64,000 nucleotides of DNA, taken from positions 1,322-65,321 of IMG/VR virus record IMGVR_UViG_3300022074_000031. One strand, given 5' to 3'. Positions 47,922 through 56,818 of this stretch are shown here, piece after piece. Below the pieces are notes generated by a model that was not told where the DNA came from, did not search any database, and was given only the letters and a program-made list of their open reading frames with translations. Origin of the DNA: a virus. Taxonomy: Duplodnaviria; Caudoviricetes. A program made the translations under genes and the position numbers. Numbering within the stretch: the first letter of the stretch is position 1; every line of letters starts with the position of its first letter.

Positions 47922-49256
47922 TCACTTAAGGTTGGTAATCTTGCCTTGACCCTTGAAGTAGGAACAACCCATTTCTGCAATCGTGCGGTAAAGCGCACGG
48001 TTGCCGAGTTGTCCAACACCGAAGGGGTTTCCGTTGCTGATACCGTCTTCAAAGTATTGGGTAGGCTTCATAACTGCCATCCAAAGGTGGTCAGTGTCCA
48101 GTAAGAGCATATCCGAAATCGTTCCCGAATCAGCGGAAGTGCTTTGCATTTGAGCAACTGGAATCAAAGGAATGTCGTAGTAGGTAGCCACACGGAAACC
48201 AACTTCTGCACCCTTGACGCCACGAACACCGTTCACGGTTGGGACAATTTCTTTACGGTCCATGAATCGCTCTTGGCTCTGCAATAGGTCGGAGAGCGTC
48301 TGAAGCGTATCATATCCGGTAAGAATGACCTTTGGAGAACCACCGTTTTGTCGCAATTCACGGAGAGTTGCGTTGAGGATAGTCAAAGTAAATGGTCGAG
48401 AACCACCCGAAGCATAACTGCTTGCACCATTCACGACGGCATCAAGGAAAGAAGCACTATCACGGTTGGTTCCGTAAATGTGGTATGCTTCCGAAATGTC
48501 GTTGGTAATTGACGAAACAGGGAAGTTATCCGAATCCATTTGGTCTAACTCAGCGTTGGACGAAACAATCTTGTAAAGCGAAGTGTAGTTTCGCTCAATG
48601 TTTGCGGCGGCGTTGCTCTTATCTGCTTGAAGGTATGCTTCAAGGGGAGACAGAAGCATAAGGTTCTGGGCTTCTGCGTGATGCTTACCCATATCCTCAC
48701 GCATTTGCGCTCTAATATCGCCAATTCCGTCGTCAATCTGAGCCATTTCCATAGCCAATTCGCTGAAATCAAACTGATGAGCGACGGTCTTTGGACTCAT
48801 AAAGAGCGTGGAGTATTCGGGAGCGATAGCAATCAATCCATCACCGGAAGTTGAAAGCGATGCATTCTCCGGAACACCACCGATATGGTCAAGTCGTGGG
48901 GCGTCGGTTCCAGCCAAATCCGTTCCAGTTTGGGAAAAGGCGTGAGTGTTGCCTGTTCCACCAGCAGGACGCTTTGAAAGGACTCTCCAACCGCTTGAAG
49001 TGTAAGGACGCTTTGACATAACGGAAAGAGCGTTCACTTCTCGGTTAAGCATAGACCACACTTTTTGTCCAAAGAGGACTTGATAGAGGTTTCCAGCAAT
49101 ACCCGAGGTTGGGGAGGTTTGAGTTGCGGCGTCATGTCCACCATGAATACCGCTAACGGCTCCGGCAGTCTTCAAGAGCATGTTGTTTGCTCCGTTGAAG
49201 TTGTATCCGTAAGTCTGTGCTTCTAAATCTGCAATAGTGTTAATATATCCTACCAT
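47922..49256 (-). CDS. major capsid protein (HK97 fold)
   Basis: Follows protease/scaffold; PKTVAHQFDFSE, long backbone helix, YDIPLIP, DMLLLDT, QGKITNL C-terminus. Confidence 0.88.
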   Translation of the reverse strand: MVGYINTIADLEAQTYGYNFNGANNMLLKTAGAVSGIHGGHDAATQTSPTSGIAGNLYQVLFGQKVWSMLNREVNALSVMSKRPYTSSGWRVLSKRPAGGTGNTHAFSQTGTDLAGTDAPRLDHIGGVPENASLSTSGDGLIAIAPEYSTLFMSPKTVAHQFDFSELAMEMAQIDDGIGDIRAQMREDMGKHHAEAQNLMLLSPLEAYLQADKSNAAANIERNYTSLYKIVSSNAELDQMDSDNFPVSSITNDISEAYHIYGTNRDSASFLDAVVNGASSYASGGSRPFTLTILNATLRELRQNGGSPKVILTGYDTLQTLSDLLQSQERFMDRKEIVPTVNGVRGVKGAEVGFRVATYYDIPLIPVAQMQSTSADSGTISDMLLLDTDHLWMAVMKPTQYFEDGISNGNPFGVGQLGNRALYRTIAEMGCSYFKGQGKITNLK

Positions 49257-49265
49257 GTTATCACC

Positions 49266-50498
49266 TCAAAGGTTTCCTCCAAAAGCCATTTTGTGGATTT
49301 CGTTCCAATCCATTTCGGCTAATTCATCCATTGATGGGAGTTTTACGGCGGCTTCTTCCTGAGCCTTGATGATTTCTTGCTTCTCAGAAGTCAAAGACTT
49401 TCGGAGAGCGGTAAATTCATCCTTAAGGGAAGCAATTTCAGAAGCGGCGTCATATTGAGACTTTGCGAGAATATTCTCACGGTTAGACTTTTCAGCCTCA
49501 AATCGTGCGACGAATTCCTTTTGGAGATTATCGTAGGCCAACTTTTCAAGTTGTTCTTGACGGAAAGCCTCGTAAGCCTTCTCAATGTTTCCAACAGAAA
49601 GGTCAAGAGTTTCTAACTCTTGGTTGTTAAATGCCTTAACAACGGGCATATCGGAAGCCTTTGGTCGGCCATTTTCGATAATAATTCTGTCAGCAGGTTC
49701 ACCGATTTCAACACCTGCTCCGTCGAGAGTGGCGACATAGGCTTTGTTTTCCATATCGGTGTCCATCATTTCGGCCATCTTGTCTTCATCGTCAAGTTTG
49801 TCCATTTCTTTCATCTTTTCGGCCATCTTGTCTTTTTCGGACATCATCTTGTCCTCTTGGTCAAGTTTGCCCATATCTTCTTCTTCTTCCTTTCGGAGAG
49901 TATTCACCTCATTCATCAGTGCATCCAACTCTTCCAGTGCTTTTTCCAGTTTACTCATTTTTTTCACCTGTTTTTTGTCTTGTTTCAAAATGTCAAATTT
50001 TGCTTCGGGGTTAATTCCTTTTTCACAAATTGTGACTTCATGTAATTCTAACTTGCTAATTTCATTGTATTGACCTAATTCGGGATGGCTTTTCTTAACC
50101 TTTTGAATTGCTTGTCCTCCAATACTAAATGACCTCAGCGAACCTTTTCTAATTCCTCTATTAATTTCTTTTGCTTTTTCTATGTCGTCTCTTAATTTAA
50201 TTACTACAAAGAATCCGACATCATCAACTTCTGTTTTGTATAGTTTTCCAGTTTTATCCCGGTATGATTTTATAACTTCTCCGACTTGAACATTTGAATG
50301 GTTTGTCATTACATTTCTAAACTTTGGGTTCTCCATGTATTTATTTACTGCTTCTTTAAGTGCTTTGAGAGTGATTAAATCGTTTTGCTTATCAACAATT
50401 TCAATGCTTGCATATCCACCAATCATTAATTCGTCGCTTTTGAGAATTCTGAAATCCATTGGTTGCTCGCTCTTTAGTAGGAGGGACATTTCCAACAC
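49266..50498 (-). CDS. prohead protease fused to scaffolding domain
   Basis: IGGYAS...DKQND, H in MTNHSN, SFSIGG, LHEVTICEKGINPEA, then an acidic coiled-coil scaffold. Confidence 0.9.
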   Translation of the reverse strand: MLEMSLLLKSEQPMDFRILKSDELMIGGYASIEIVDKQNDLITLKALKEAVNKYMENPKFRNVMTNHSNVQVGEVIKSYRDKTGKLYKTEVDDVGFFVVIKLRDDIEKAKEINRGIRKGSLRSFSIGGQAIQKVKKSHPELGQYNEISKLELHEVTICEKGINPEAKFDILKQDKKQVKKMSKLEKALEELDALMNEVNTLRKEEEEDMGKLDQEDKMMSEKDKMAEKMKEMDKLDDEDKMAEMMDTDMENKAYVATLDGAGVEIGEPADRIIIENGRPKASDMPVVKAFNNQELETLDLSVGNIEKAYEAFRQEQLEKLAYDNLQKEFVARFEAEKSNRENILAKSQYDAASEIASLKDEFTALRKSLTSEKQEIIKAQEEAAVKLPSMDELAEMDWNEIHKMAFGGNL

Positions 50499-50517
50499 AC
50501 CTTCGTTATCGCATCAA

Positions 50518-50525
50518 GTATATAA
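50518..50525 (-). promoter_or_regulatory. possible archaeal TATA box upstream of the protease-capsid operon
   Basis: TTATATAC in the short intergenic gap about 20-30 nt before the start. Confidence 0.35.
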
Positions 50526-50534
50526 CCGTCATGG

Positions 50535-53474
50535 TTATCTCGGGATTTTCTTAACGGAGAATTTGTCCTTGTAGATGTTCCACAGCCCTTCGTCTCCTTC
50601 CTTATCTGCTGGTTTTTGTTCGTATCCAGTCCAAGCAAGCCACATTTTATTTTCACCCACCGGGAGGTATCTCACATGGAACTTGGTTTCAAACTTATTT
50701 CCCTCTAAGAAATACTCGTGGTAGCCTTCTCTTTGAATACCGAGCCTTACCTTTCCACTATCCACGACTTTCTCATTATCGGTATTCTGTGCGACCTCTG
50801 CCGGGTATTTTCCAGCGGCCCCGAATAAATCAAACAATTCTTCTTCATTTTGAACATCAATCAACCAATTGATTGTTTCGCCGCCAAGACTCATCACCAT
50901 GTTTAGGTTGTTATCTTTACGAGAATAGAGTTTGAATTCTCCCTCTCTATATTTTTCAGGAGTTTTATATTCTGCTTTTAGCATAGCGTATTTATCTGTA
51001 AAACTAGAGTCTCCCCTAATACAATTTTGATATTCTTCTAGGGCTTGTTCTAATGGGGTATAATCCACATCAGCAATTTTTTCATTGAAAAAGTCTTCTA
51101 CAACTTCCAATAACACATCACAATCTAAAGAATCTACGGCGTCTTTTAGAACCTTAACTTCTTCTTCATATGTTTTTCCCCATTCATCCCGTTCCTCTTC
51201 TACTATATTATCACGAAGATTAGCATAAGTGCCATATTGACTAGAAAGAGCATCTAGACTCTGTATTCTGTTTGCTTTAATAGCCTCTTTTAATTTTTTA
51301 CAACATTCACCATTTTTATTTGAATAGTCAATGGTAATATCTTCAATTTCCTTTTCTTCAGGTTCAGCATCTCTATGAATTAGAACTGGCGATTTGAGGA
51401 GTCTTTTAAGAATAGCCTCGCCGCGTAGTTTATTGTCTGTAAAGTCAATGTGTTCTCTTTGATTCGCCCACTCCTTTAGCCCCCTCAAACCGCCATCTAC
51501 CACATCTTGATACAAGTCTTTGTGTTTAGCAGTCAAAAAATTATGAACCTCCTTGACTGTCTTAGGCCCATTGTCCTGTAAATAGTTTGTAATAGCAGTC
51601 GTAAGTGTTCCTGCCTTTGTTTTCATGATTTCTTCCGCTTGCGATTTCCAATTATCTAAATCAATAATAGCATTCTTTGACATCAAGTTATCTTCTTCAA
51701 AACCATAAATAGTAAATCCGCTCATATCGCTCTTACAAATAATAGTCGCAGTTCCATGGATATGGTCAGTAATGGTGATGCCTTTCTTTAATCCTTCAAT
51801 AGAGTAGTTTAGAGATTTCTTAGTGTCTTGGGCTAATAACTCCAGAGTAACTACTTTATCTGGATATTCTACTTCGGGGACTTCAATGACTTTAGCCGAA
51901 TAAAGAGTATATCTTTCACCAGCATCTTTTACTTCATCAACCTTGACTCGGATAATATCTCCAACATCAACAACAATTTTAGTATTGAGTGCTTTTCCAA
52001 CATTCATATATTTGATTCCCTCTACTTCTTGAGTAAATTTAGTATCTTCTTCTACTGGCCCGACACCAACTGTATAGGAATATAGATTACTTTTAGTCTT
52101 TTTCTTATTAAGAACAATGACATCTAAATCAACAAATTTTTTCCATTTTATCCACTTTGGGTTTTTCTTTGTTCCAATATAATATGTTGATGTCGCGTCT
52201 TTAATGACCACGCCCTCGGAAGTTGGCATATCCATAATCTTTTCAGCGTATTCAGCAATATCTTTCAAACTATCTGCTCTGCGAGTGTCCTTCTTTGATG
52301 GGAAGTTTAAAACATCGGTGGAGTGTTGAGAATAGTTGTTAAAAAGAATTGTCATTCTGTTTTCTAATTCTTCATCAAGAAGAGTCTGATTATCATGTCG
52401 CATAATATCAAAAACATGGCACTTGAGAGTAGCCTTAGGATATTTATTTTTAAAAACATGTGCGATTGTATCTGCTCTGTGTAAAGAGTCCTCCCCATCA
52501 AAAAGAATTAATTCTGCATCTAAGATACAATCTCCGAAATGCTTTGCTTTTAATTCTTCCACAATGTCTTTACATTTATCTGTGATTAACTTTTTATTGT
52601 ATGAAAACACTTTGATATTGTTATCAATTTTGTGTAGTTGTATTCTCATACCGTCATATTTTTCTTGAACGAACCACTCCCCGCTAAAGCCTTTTAGTTC
52701 GTTAATATCATCAATTTCAAAAATTCTATACATAGGTTTGTTAGGAACAATAAAATCAGTTAATGACTTCTGCTCATCTTCTTTTTTAATTTCTACAGAC
52801 TTTTCCTCTTTCTCTGGGTTAATACCTTCAATATCCTTAAGTTCTTCTAACTCTTCTTTATCGTATCTTGAAAGCATAAGAAGTTCTAACATCTCAATAG
52901 CGGACTCAACTGCTTTTTCCGTTCGTTTAGAGTCTTTTCCGTCCCCGTAATGTTCGATAATATAGAGGGCGATGTCGTCCACTTCAAGGTCAAGTCCTTC
53001 TAAACCATATGTTATGTCGTCAGGTTCCATGTCTTTAATTGCATAAACCTCCTTAGGAAGAGGCTCTTTGTCTTCTCTTAAAGCATAATGAACAAATTTA
53101 ACCATCTGCTCTGGGCTTTCAAGTAAGGCTTCCAAAACATTTCCCTTGAATCTTTTAGAAAAAGGGTCTTTGACCAAATCTGAGGCATAGCGAAGCATTT
53201 TGATTCCTTCATACAACTCCTTCGCTCTAAGGCTGGAAGGGTCTTTAACATCATTATTTTCAATGAGTCCCTGCGAGATGTAGTCTTTCATTTCGTTGCC
53301 TGCGGCGTCTAATTCATTATACGACTCAATGATAGAATCCACTACGCTTCTCCAACGGCCCCCATACTCCTTGGGGTCATTGGCGGCAGAAAGATAGGCT
53401 ACTCTTGTTTTCTCAAACAGACGAAGAATTTCCTCCGAAGGACGCTTATCCTTCTCAATGTTTGAGAGGCGCAT
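50535..53474 (-). CDS. large ATP-dependent DNA ligase-domain protein in the head module
   Basis: PNKP, QEKYDGMR, LDAEL, VFDIM, SEGVVIK, WIKWKK, OB domain; extra N-terminal helical and C-terminal LigD-phosphoesterase-like regions. Confidence 0.85.
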   Translation of the reverse strand: MRLSNIEKDKRPSEEILRLFEKTRVAYLSAANDPKEYGGRWRSVVDSIIESYNELDAAGNEMKDYISQGLIENNDVKDPSSLRAKELYEGIKMLRYASDLVKDPFSKRFKGNVLEALLESPEQMVKFVHYALREDKEPLPKEVYAIKDMEPDDITYGLEGLDLEVDDIALYIIEHYGDGKDSKRTEKAVESAIEMLELLMLSRYDKEELEELKDIEGINPEKEEKSVEIKKEDEQKSLTDFIVPNKPMYRIFEIDDINELKGFSGEWFVQEKYDGMRIQLHKIDNNIKVFSYNKKLITDKCKDIVEELKAKHFGDCILDAELILFDGEDSLHRADTIAHVFKNKYPKATLKCHVFDIMRHDNQTLLDEELENRMTILFNNYSQHSTDVLNFPSKKDTRRADSLKDIAEYAEKIMDMPTSEGVVIKDATSTYYIGTKKNPKWIKWKKFVDLDVIVLNKKKTKSNLYSYTVGVGPVEEDTKFTQEVEGIKYMNVGKALNTKIVVDVGDIIRVKVDEVKDAGERYTLYSAKVIEVPEVEYPDKVVTLELLAQDTKKSLNYSIEGLKKGITITDHIHGTATIICKSDMSGFTIYGFEEDNLMSKNAIIDLDNWKSQAEEIMKTKAGTLTTAITNYLQDNGPKTVKEVHNFLTAKHKDLYQDVVDGGLRGLKEWANQREHIDFTDNKLRGEAILKRLLKSPVLIHRDAEPEEKEIEDITIDYSNKNGECCKKLKEAIKANRIQSLDALSSQYGTYANLRDNIVEEERDEWGKTYEEEVKVLKDAVDSLDCDVLLEVVEDFFNEKIADVDYTPLEQALEEYQNCIRGDSSFTDKYAMLKAEYKTPEKYREGEFKLYSRKDNNLNMVMSLGGETINWLIDVQNEEELFDLFGAAGKYPAEVAQNTDNEKVVDSGKVRLGIQREGYHEYFLEGNKFETKFHVRYLPVGENKMWLAWTGYEQKPADKEGDEGLWNIYKDKFSVKKIPR

Positions 53475-53483
53475 TTAGCCACC

Positions 53484-53954
53484 CTACATTCTGTTTCCAC
53501 TTAAGCCGAAAGCATCTTCAATACTCATGGTTCGGGCAGCAGTTTCAATAATTTCTTTAATCTCAGCATCGTTGAACGGAGCATCGGTTTTAGCCTTATT
53601 GTTTGCTAATAATCTAATTCTTTCCATCATTTTACTCTTATCTCCTTGCTGAATCCGCTTTTGAGCCATTTCAGCCATTTCTTGATAAGAAGTCGGCTTT
53701 TGAGGATTAGATTTTTTGAACTGGGTTGTTTCGCCAGCCTTTCCGTAGCCCGAATGAGTCCCCTCTTGATTCTCAATTTTGGTCTTATCTTTCTCGGCTT
53801 TTGGTCGCTTAACCTTGACCTGTTCCATTCTGTCGTCCTTTTCATCAGGCAAGCGATTTCCCTCCATGGATTCACGGAGTAATTCCTTTACCTGTCTTGC
53901 TTTTTCAACAGTCATTGAAATGATTCTTTCTTCCTTCTTCACTCTTTCTGGCAT
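53484..53954 (-). CDS. hypothetical charged protein (head module)
   Basis: 156 aa ORF in the operon. Confidence 0.7.
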   Translation of the reverse strand: MPERVKKEERIISMTVEKARQVKELLRESMEGNRLPDEKDDRMEQVKVKRPKAEKDKTKIENQEGTHSGYGKAGETTQFKKSNPQKPTSYQEMAEMAQKRIQQGDKSKMMERIRLLANNKAKTDAPFNDAEIKEIIETAARTMSIEDAFGLSGNRM

Positions 53955-54196
53955 TATTGACCACCTGCCTTTTCAACCATTTTATGAATATCCGACCAAT
54001 CCATTGAATTGACATCTACACTAGCAGAAGCAGATAGACTATCAATCATGGGGGTAGGAGTTTCAGCAACAACAAAGCCGGACTTCATCAGTAAATTGTC
54101 TTTATTATATACTGCTTTTTCAAGGCTTTCAATTTTTGCAGATAAGGCTTTGATAATTTCAAGCATTTCTTGGTTAATTGTATTTTCTTCTGGCAT
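53954..54196 (-). CDS. small scaffold-like protein
   Basis: Coiled-coil N-terminus; C-terminal MDWSDIHKM matches the scaffold C-terminus MDWNEIHKM. Confidence 0.65.
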   Translation of the reverse strand: MPEENTINQEMLEIIKALSAKIESLEKAVYNKDNLLMKSGFVVAETPTPMIDSLSASASVDVNSMDWSDIHKMVEKAGGQ

Positions 54197-54197
54197 A

Positions 54198-54557
54198 TTA
54201 ATCATCTCTCTTTTTCTGTGGATAAATCAAATCACGAAGTTGTCGGTAAAGAAGTTCATACTCCTTACGAAGTTTGGTAGCCGTGGCGACAATATCAATG
54301 TTGCGCTCGTCCATTGACTTCATCTTCTTGTTCAGTTTCTTGTCGGACTTGGTGAGGTCAAGTTCTCGTAGAGTCTCAATCAGTTCGCCCAACTTGGTGA
54401 AGTCTTGACCAAAAAACTCCGTGGGTTCGGCGGCTTGAAGGGTCTTCTTGAGTCGCTTCTTTTGTTTTCCGTCCAAAGAGTCAAGTATCTTCTTTGGTGG
54501 GGAGACTTTCTTCTCAATAGCGAAGTCTCTTCCTTCATTGTAATAATCCCATGTCAT
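54198..54557 (-). CDS. hypothetical protein (head module)
   Basis: 119 aa basic helical ORF. Confidence 0.7.
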   Translation of the reverse strand: MTWDYYNEGRDFAIEKKVSPPKKILDSLDGKQKKRLKKTLQAAEPTEFFGQDFTKLGELIETLRELDLTKSDKKLNKKMKSMDERNIDIVATATKLRKEYELLYRQLRDLIYPQKKRDD

Positions 54558-56260
54558 GTTTTAATCTCCCTTTCTTTCTGTAATAGGTCGTCCACTCTAT
54601 CTAATAATACATCCAGATTTTCAACAGCATCCTCAATTTTGATTGAGTTTCTAATAAATTTGTCAGCCTCTTGAATCAAGTCTAATGCTTCTTCATCAGA
54701 GAGCAAAGCAGTAAATTTCTTATCAGTCTCTAAGATGTTCTTTAATTTTCGTTCTTCAGTTTTTTCATCCTTGGCTTCTTTATATTGCCTACCAATAGAA
54801 GTAAAAGAACCTAAAATAGTCACATTGATTAATTCATTGAGTGCTTCAGAATATTCTTGCTTTTCTGTAGATAATGCTCTCAATTTAGGGTTCAATCTTT
54901 TTAGTCTCTTAGAAGAGAAAAAAAGCAAAGACCCCGTTTCTTTAGCCGCATTTCTAAATGAAAACAATTCTTCATTATATTTTTTTCTGGCTTTTATTTT
55001 GTCTTCGAGACTCTTTCTTTTATTTTCATTAGGTTTCTCTTTCTCTTTTTCTTCCTTTAAGGAGTCTTCTAAAGTATTCATTTCTTCTTGAGAGAATGGC
55101 TTATAGTCAATGCTCTCTTTAACTATTTTAAATGCTGCTTCAATTTCATTAGAAAATCTAGCAGCATCTCTTAAAGTGGCACGGACTTCTTTCTGCTGTT
55201 GCCTTTCTTCTTCGATTAAGTCTAAAATTTTTCTATTTGTTTTGGCAAGAAGTTTTTCTGCGTCAGATTTAGGTTTATCTAAATTAATCTTTCCTTCGGC
55301 AATTGTTTGTGCAAGTTCCTTTTCTTTTCTTTGTTGCTCTCTTAGTCGCTCCAAATTTTTTCCTTCCAGAAGACTACCCACTTCTGGAAGTTGCCGTTTT
55401 AATGATTCTCTGGCAAGAGACTTAATATTTTTTCTTTTGTCTTCTAATTGTTGAATATTTTTATCTATTGCATCAATAGTTCTTTCAATGTCTTCAACTG
55501 CTCCTTCTGTGATTGCCTTTTGTTGCATCAATCGTTCAACTGTTAGAGTAAAGTCCTTATCTTTGCCGGTTCTTTTTCTTTCAATAGCAAAAATGTCCCC
55601 GGACTCGGCTCTTTCTTTTCTAGATTCTTCCTTCCTTCTGCTAGCAAGTTTTCTTGCTCTTGCTATATCTGTTTCCCTAATTTTGCTATCCTTTGCATTT
55701 TCAGGTAAAAAGCCATGTCTGTTATAATGTAAATAAAGAAATGCCTTTTCGAAGGTTAATGTATCACCGTTTCTATCTTGGAACTCATCATAGGTTTTGC
55801 TTGCTATTTCTTGATAATTTTGAAATAGTTCGGTAAGATTAATTTCGGGATTTGATTCGAAGTCCCTGTCTTCATCATCCTCGGTTAAGTCTCTTTGGGC
55901 CTTTTCAGAAATAGGAGGAATCTGCGGCTCTAAAACAACATCCCCGTCCCTTTCTGTGGTGAATTCATATTGTCCTAATAAATCAACATTTTCAGAAACG
56001 CTAAGGGCTAATATATTATACGCCGTAGCAGACTGTTTTTTATCTATGACTCTATTGTAGGCAGTAATGTTTTCAAATTCAAATCCAGTGGCTTTGCTAT
56101 CGTCAACGATAATTTCAATATCTTCGGATAATTTTGTGAGAGAAGGTAATATCCTTTGAGCAAAACTAAAATTCCTAAATAGACTTTGATACCTCTTATA
56201 CATTTCACGACTTACATCTCCCCCTTTGTCGGTTTCCGCTTTGCGGAGAAGAAAGGTCAT
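54554..56260 (-). CDS. long coiled-coil protein
   Basis: 568 aa, E/K/R-rich heptads. Confidence 0.75.
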   Translation of the reverse strand: MTFLLRKAETDKGGDVSREMYKRYQSLFRNFSFAQRILPSLTKLSEDIEIIVDDSKATGFEFENITAYNRVIDKKQSATAYNILALSVSENVDLLGQYEFTTERDGDVVLEPQIPPISEKAQRDLTEDDEDRDFESNPEINLTELFQNYQEIASKTYDEFQDRNGDTLTFEKAFLYLHYNRHGFLPENAKDSKIRETDIARARKLASRRKEESRKERAESGDIFAIERKRTGKDKDFTLTVERLMQQKAITEGAVEDIERTIDAIDKNIQQLEDKRKNIKSLARESLKRQLPEVGSLLEGKNLERLREQQRKEKELAQTIAEGKINLDKPKSDAEKLLAKTNRKILDLIEEERQQQKEVRATLRDAARFSNEIEAAFKIVKESIDYKPFSQEEMNTLEDSLKEEKEKEKPNENKRKSLEDKIKARKKYNEELFSFRNAAKETGSLLFFSSKRLKRLNPKLRALSTEKQEYSEALNELINVTILGSFTSIGRQYKEAKDEKTEERKLKNILETDKKFTALLSDEEALDLIQEADKFIRNSIKIEDAVENLDVLLDRVDDLLQKEREIKT

Positions 56261-56264
56261 GGTA

Positions 56265-56492
56265 TCACCAAGGAATGTTTTCTTTTCTTCCTGTTCTTTT
56301 GGGAGGTAAGGTAATCACATCAGGAATATCCCGACTCGAAGGAGCAGGTTTTGGAGTAGTATCCACGGGAATTCCTGCAATATCCAAATTCCTGTTAGTT
56401 GGTCTATGTAGGGCGGCATTTTGGTTTAATGCCTTGACCTGCGCTAATTCTTTCCTAAGCCTCATTTCCTTTTGTTTCATGTCCTCTGTCAT
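56265..56492 (-). CDS. hypothetical protein
   Basis: 75 aa, GGTGA RBS. Confidence 0.65.
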   Translation of the reverse strand: MTEDMKQKEMRLRKELAQVKALNQNAALHRPTNRNLDIAGIPVDTTPKPAPSSRDIPDVITLPPKRTGRKENIPW

Positions 56493-56818
56493 ACTGCATC
56501 ACCTAATTTGCCTTTTGTTTCGACCAAAATATCAATAATTTCCTGCGTGGACATCGCTCCGAGTTTATCCATAAACGCATCCATTAAATCTGAGCGAGTC
56601 ATGTTTGCTAATTGCTCTCTTTCTTCCTTATAATCGGGAAAGTTCTCTTCTTGAACATCTTTTGCGGCTAAATCTTCAATCGGGTTCCCGCCTTTCATTC
56701 TCGTTTGTGTAGGTCTTCTGACTTTACCCGGCTTAACGGATTCTGGAATCTCTTTCCCTCTACCGACCTTGCCCTTTCTATCTCTTGATTTGATGATATT
56801 TTCCCAATCACTCATCAT
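56489..56818 (-). CDS. hypothetical protein with WxxIIK leader
   Basis: MSDWENIIKS... Confidence 0.65.
   Translation of the reverse strand: MMSDWENIIKSRDRKGKVGRGKEIPESVKPGKVRRPTQTRMKGGNPIEDLAAKDVQEENFPDYKEEREQLANMTRSDLMDAFMDKLGAMSTQEIIDILVETKGKLGDAV

Noticed and set aside
49740-49890. Repeated GACAAGATG / DKM units in the scaffold
   Set aside because: Low-complexity coding repeats in an acidic linker, not a CRISPR array or regulatory repeat
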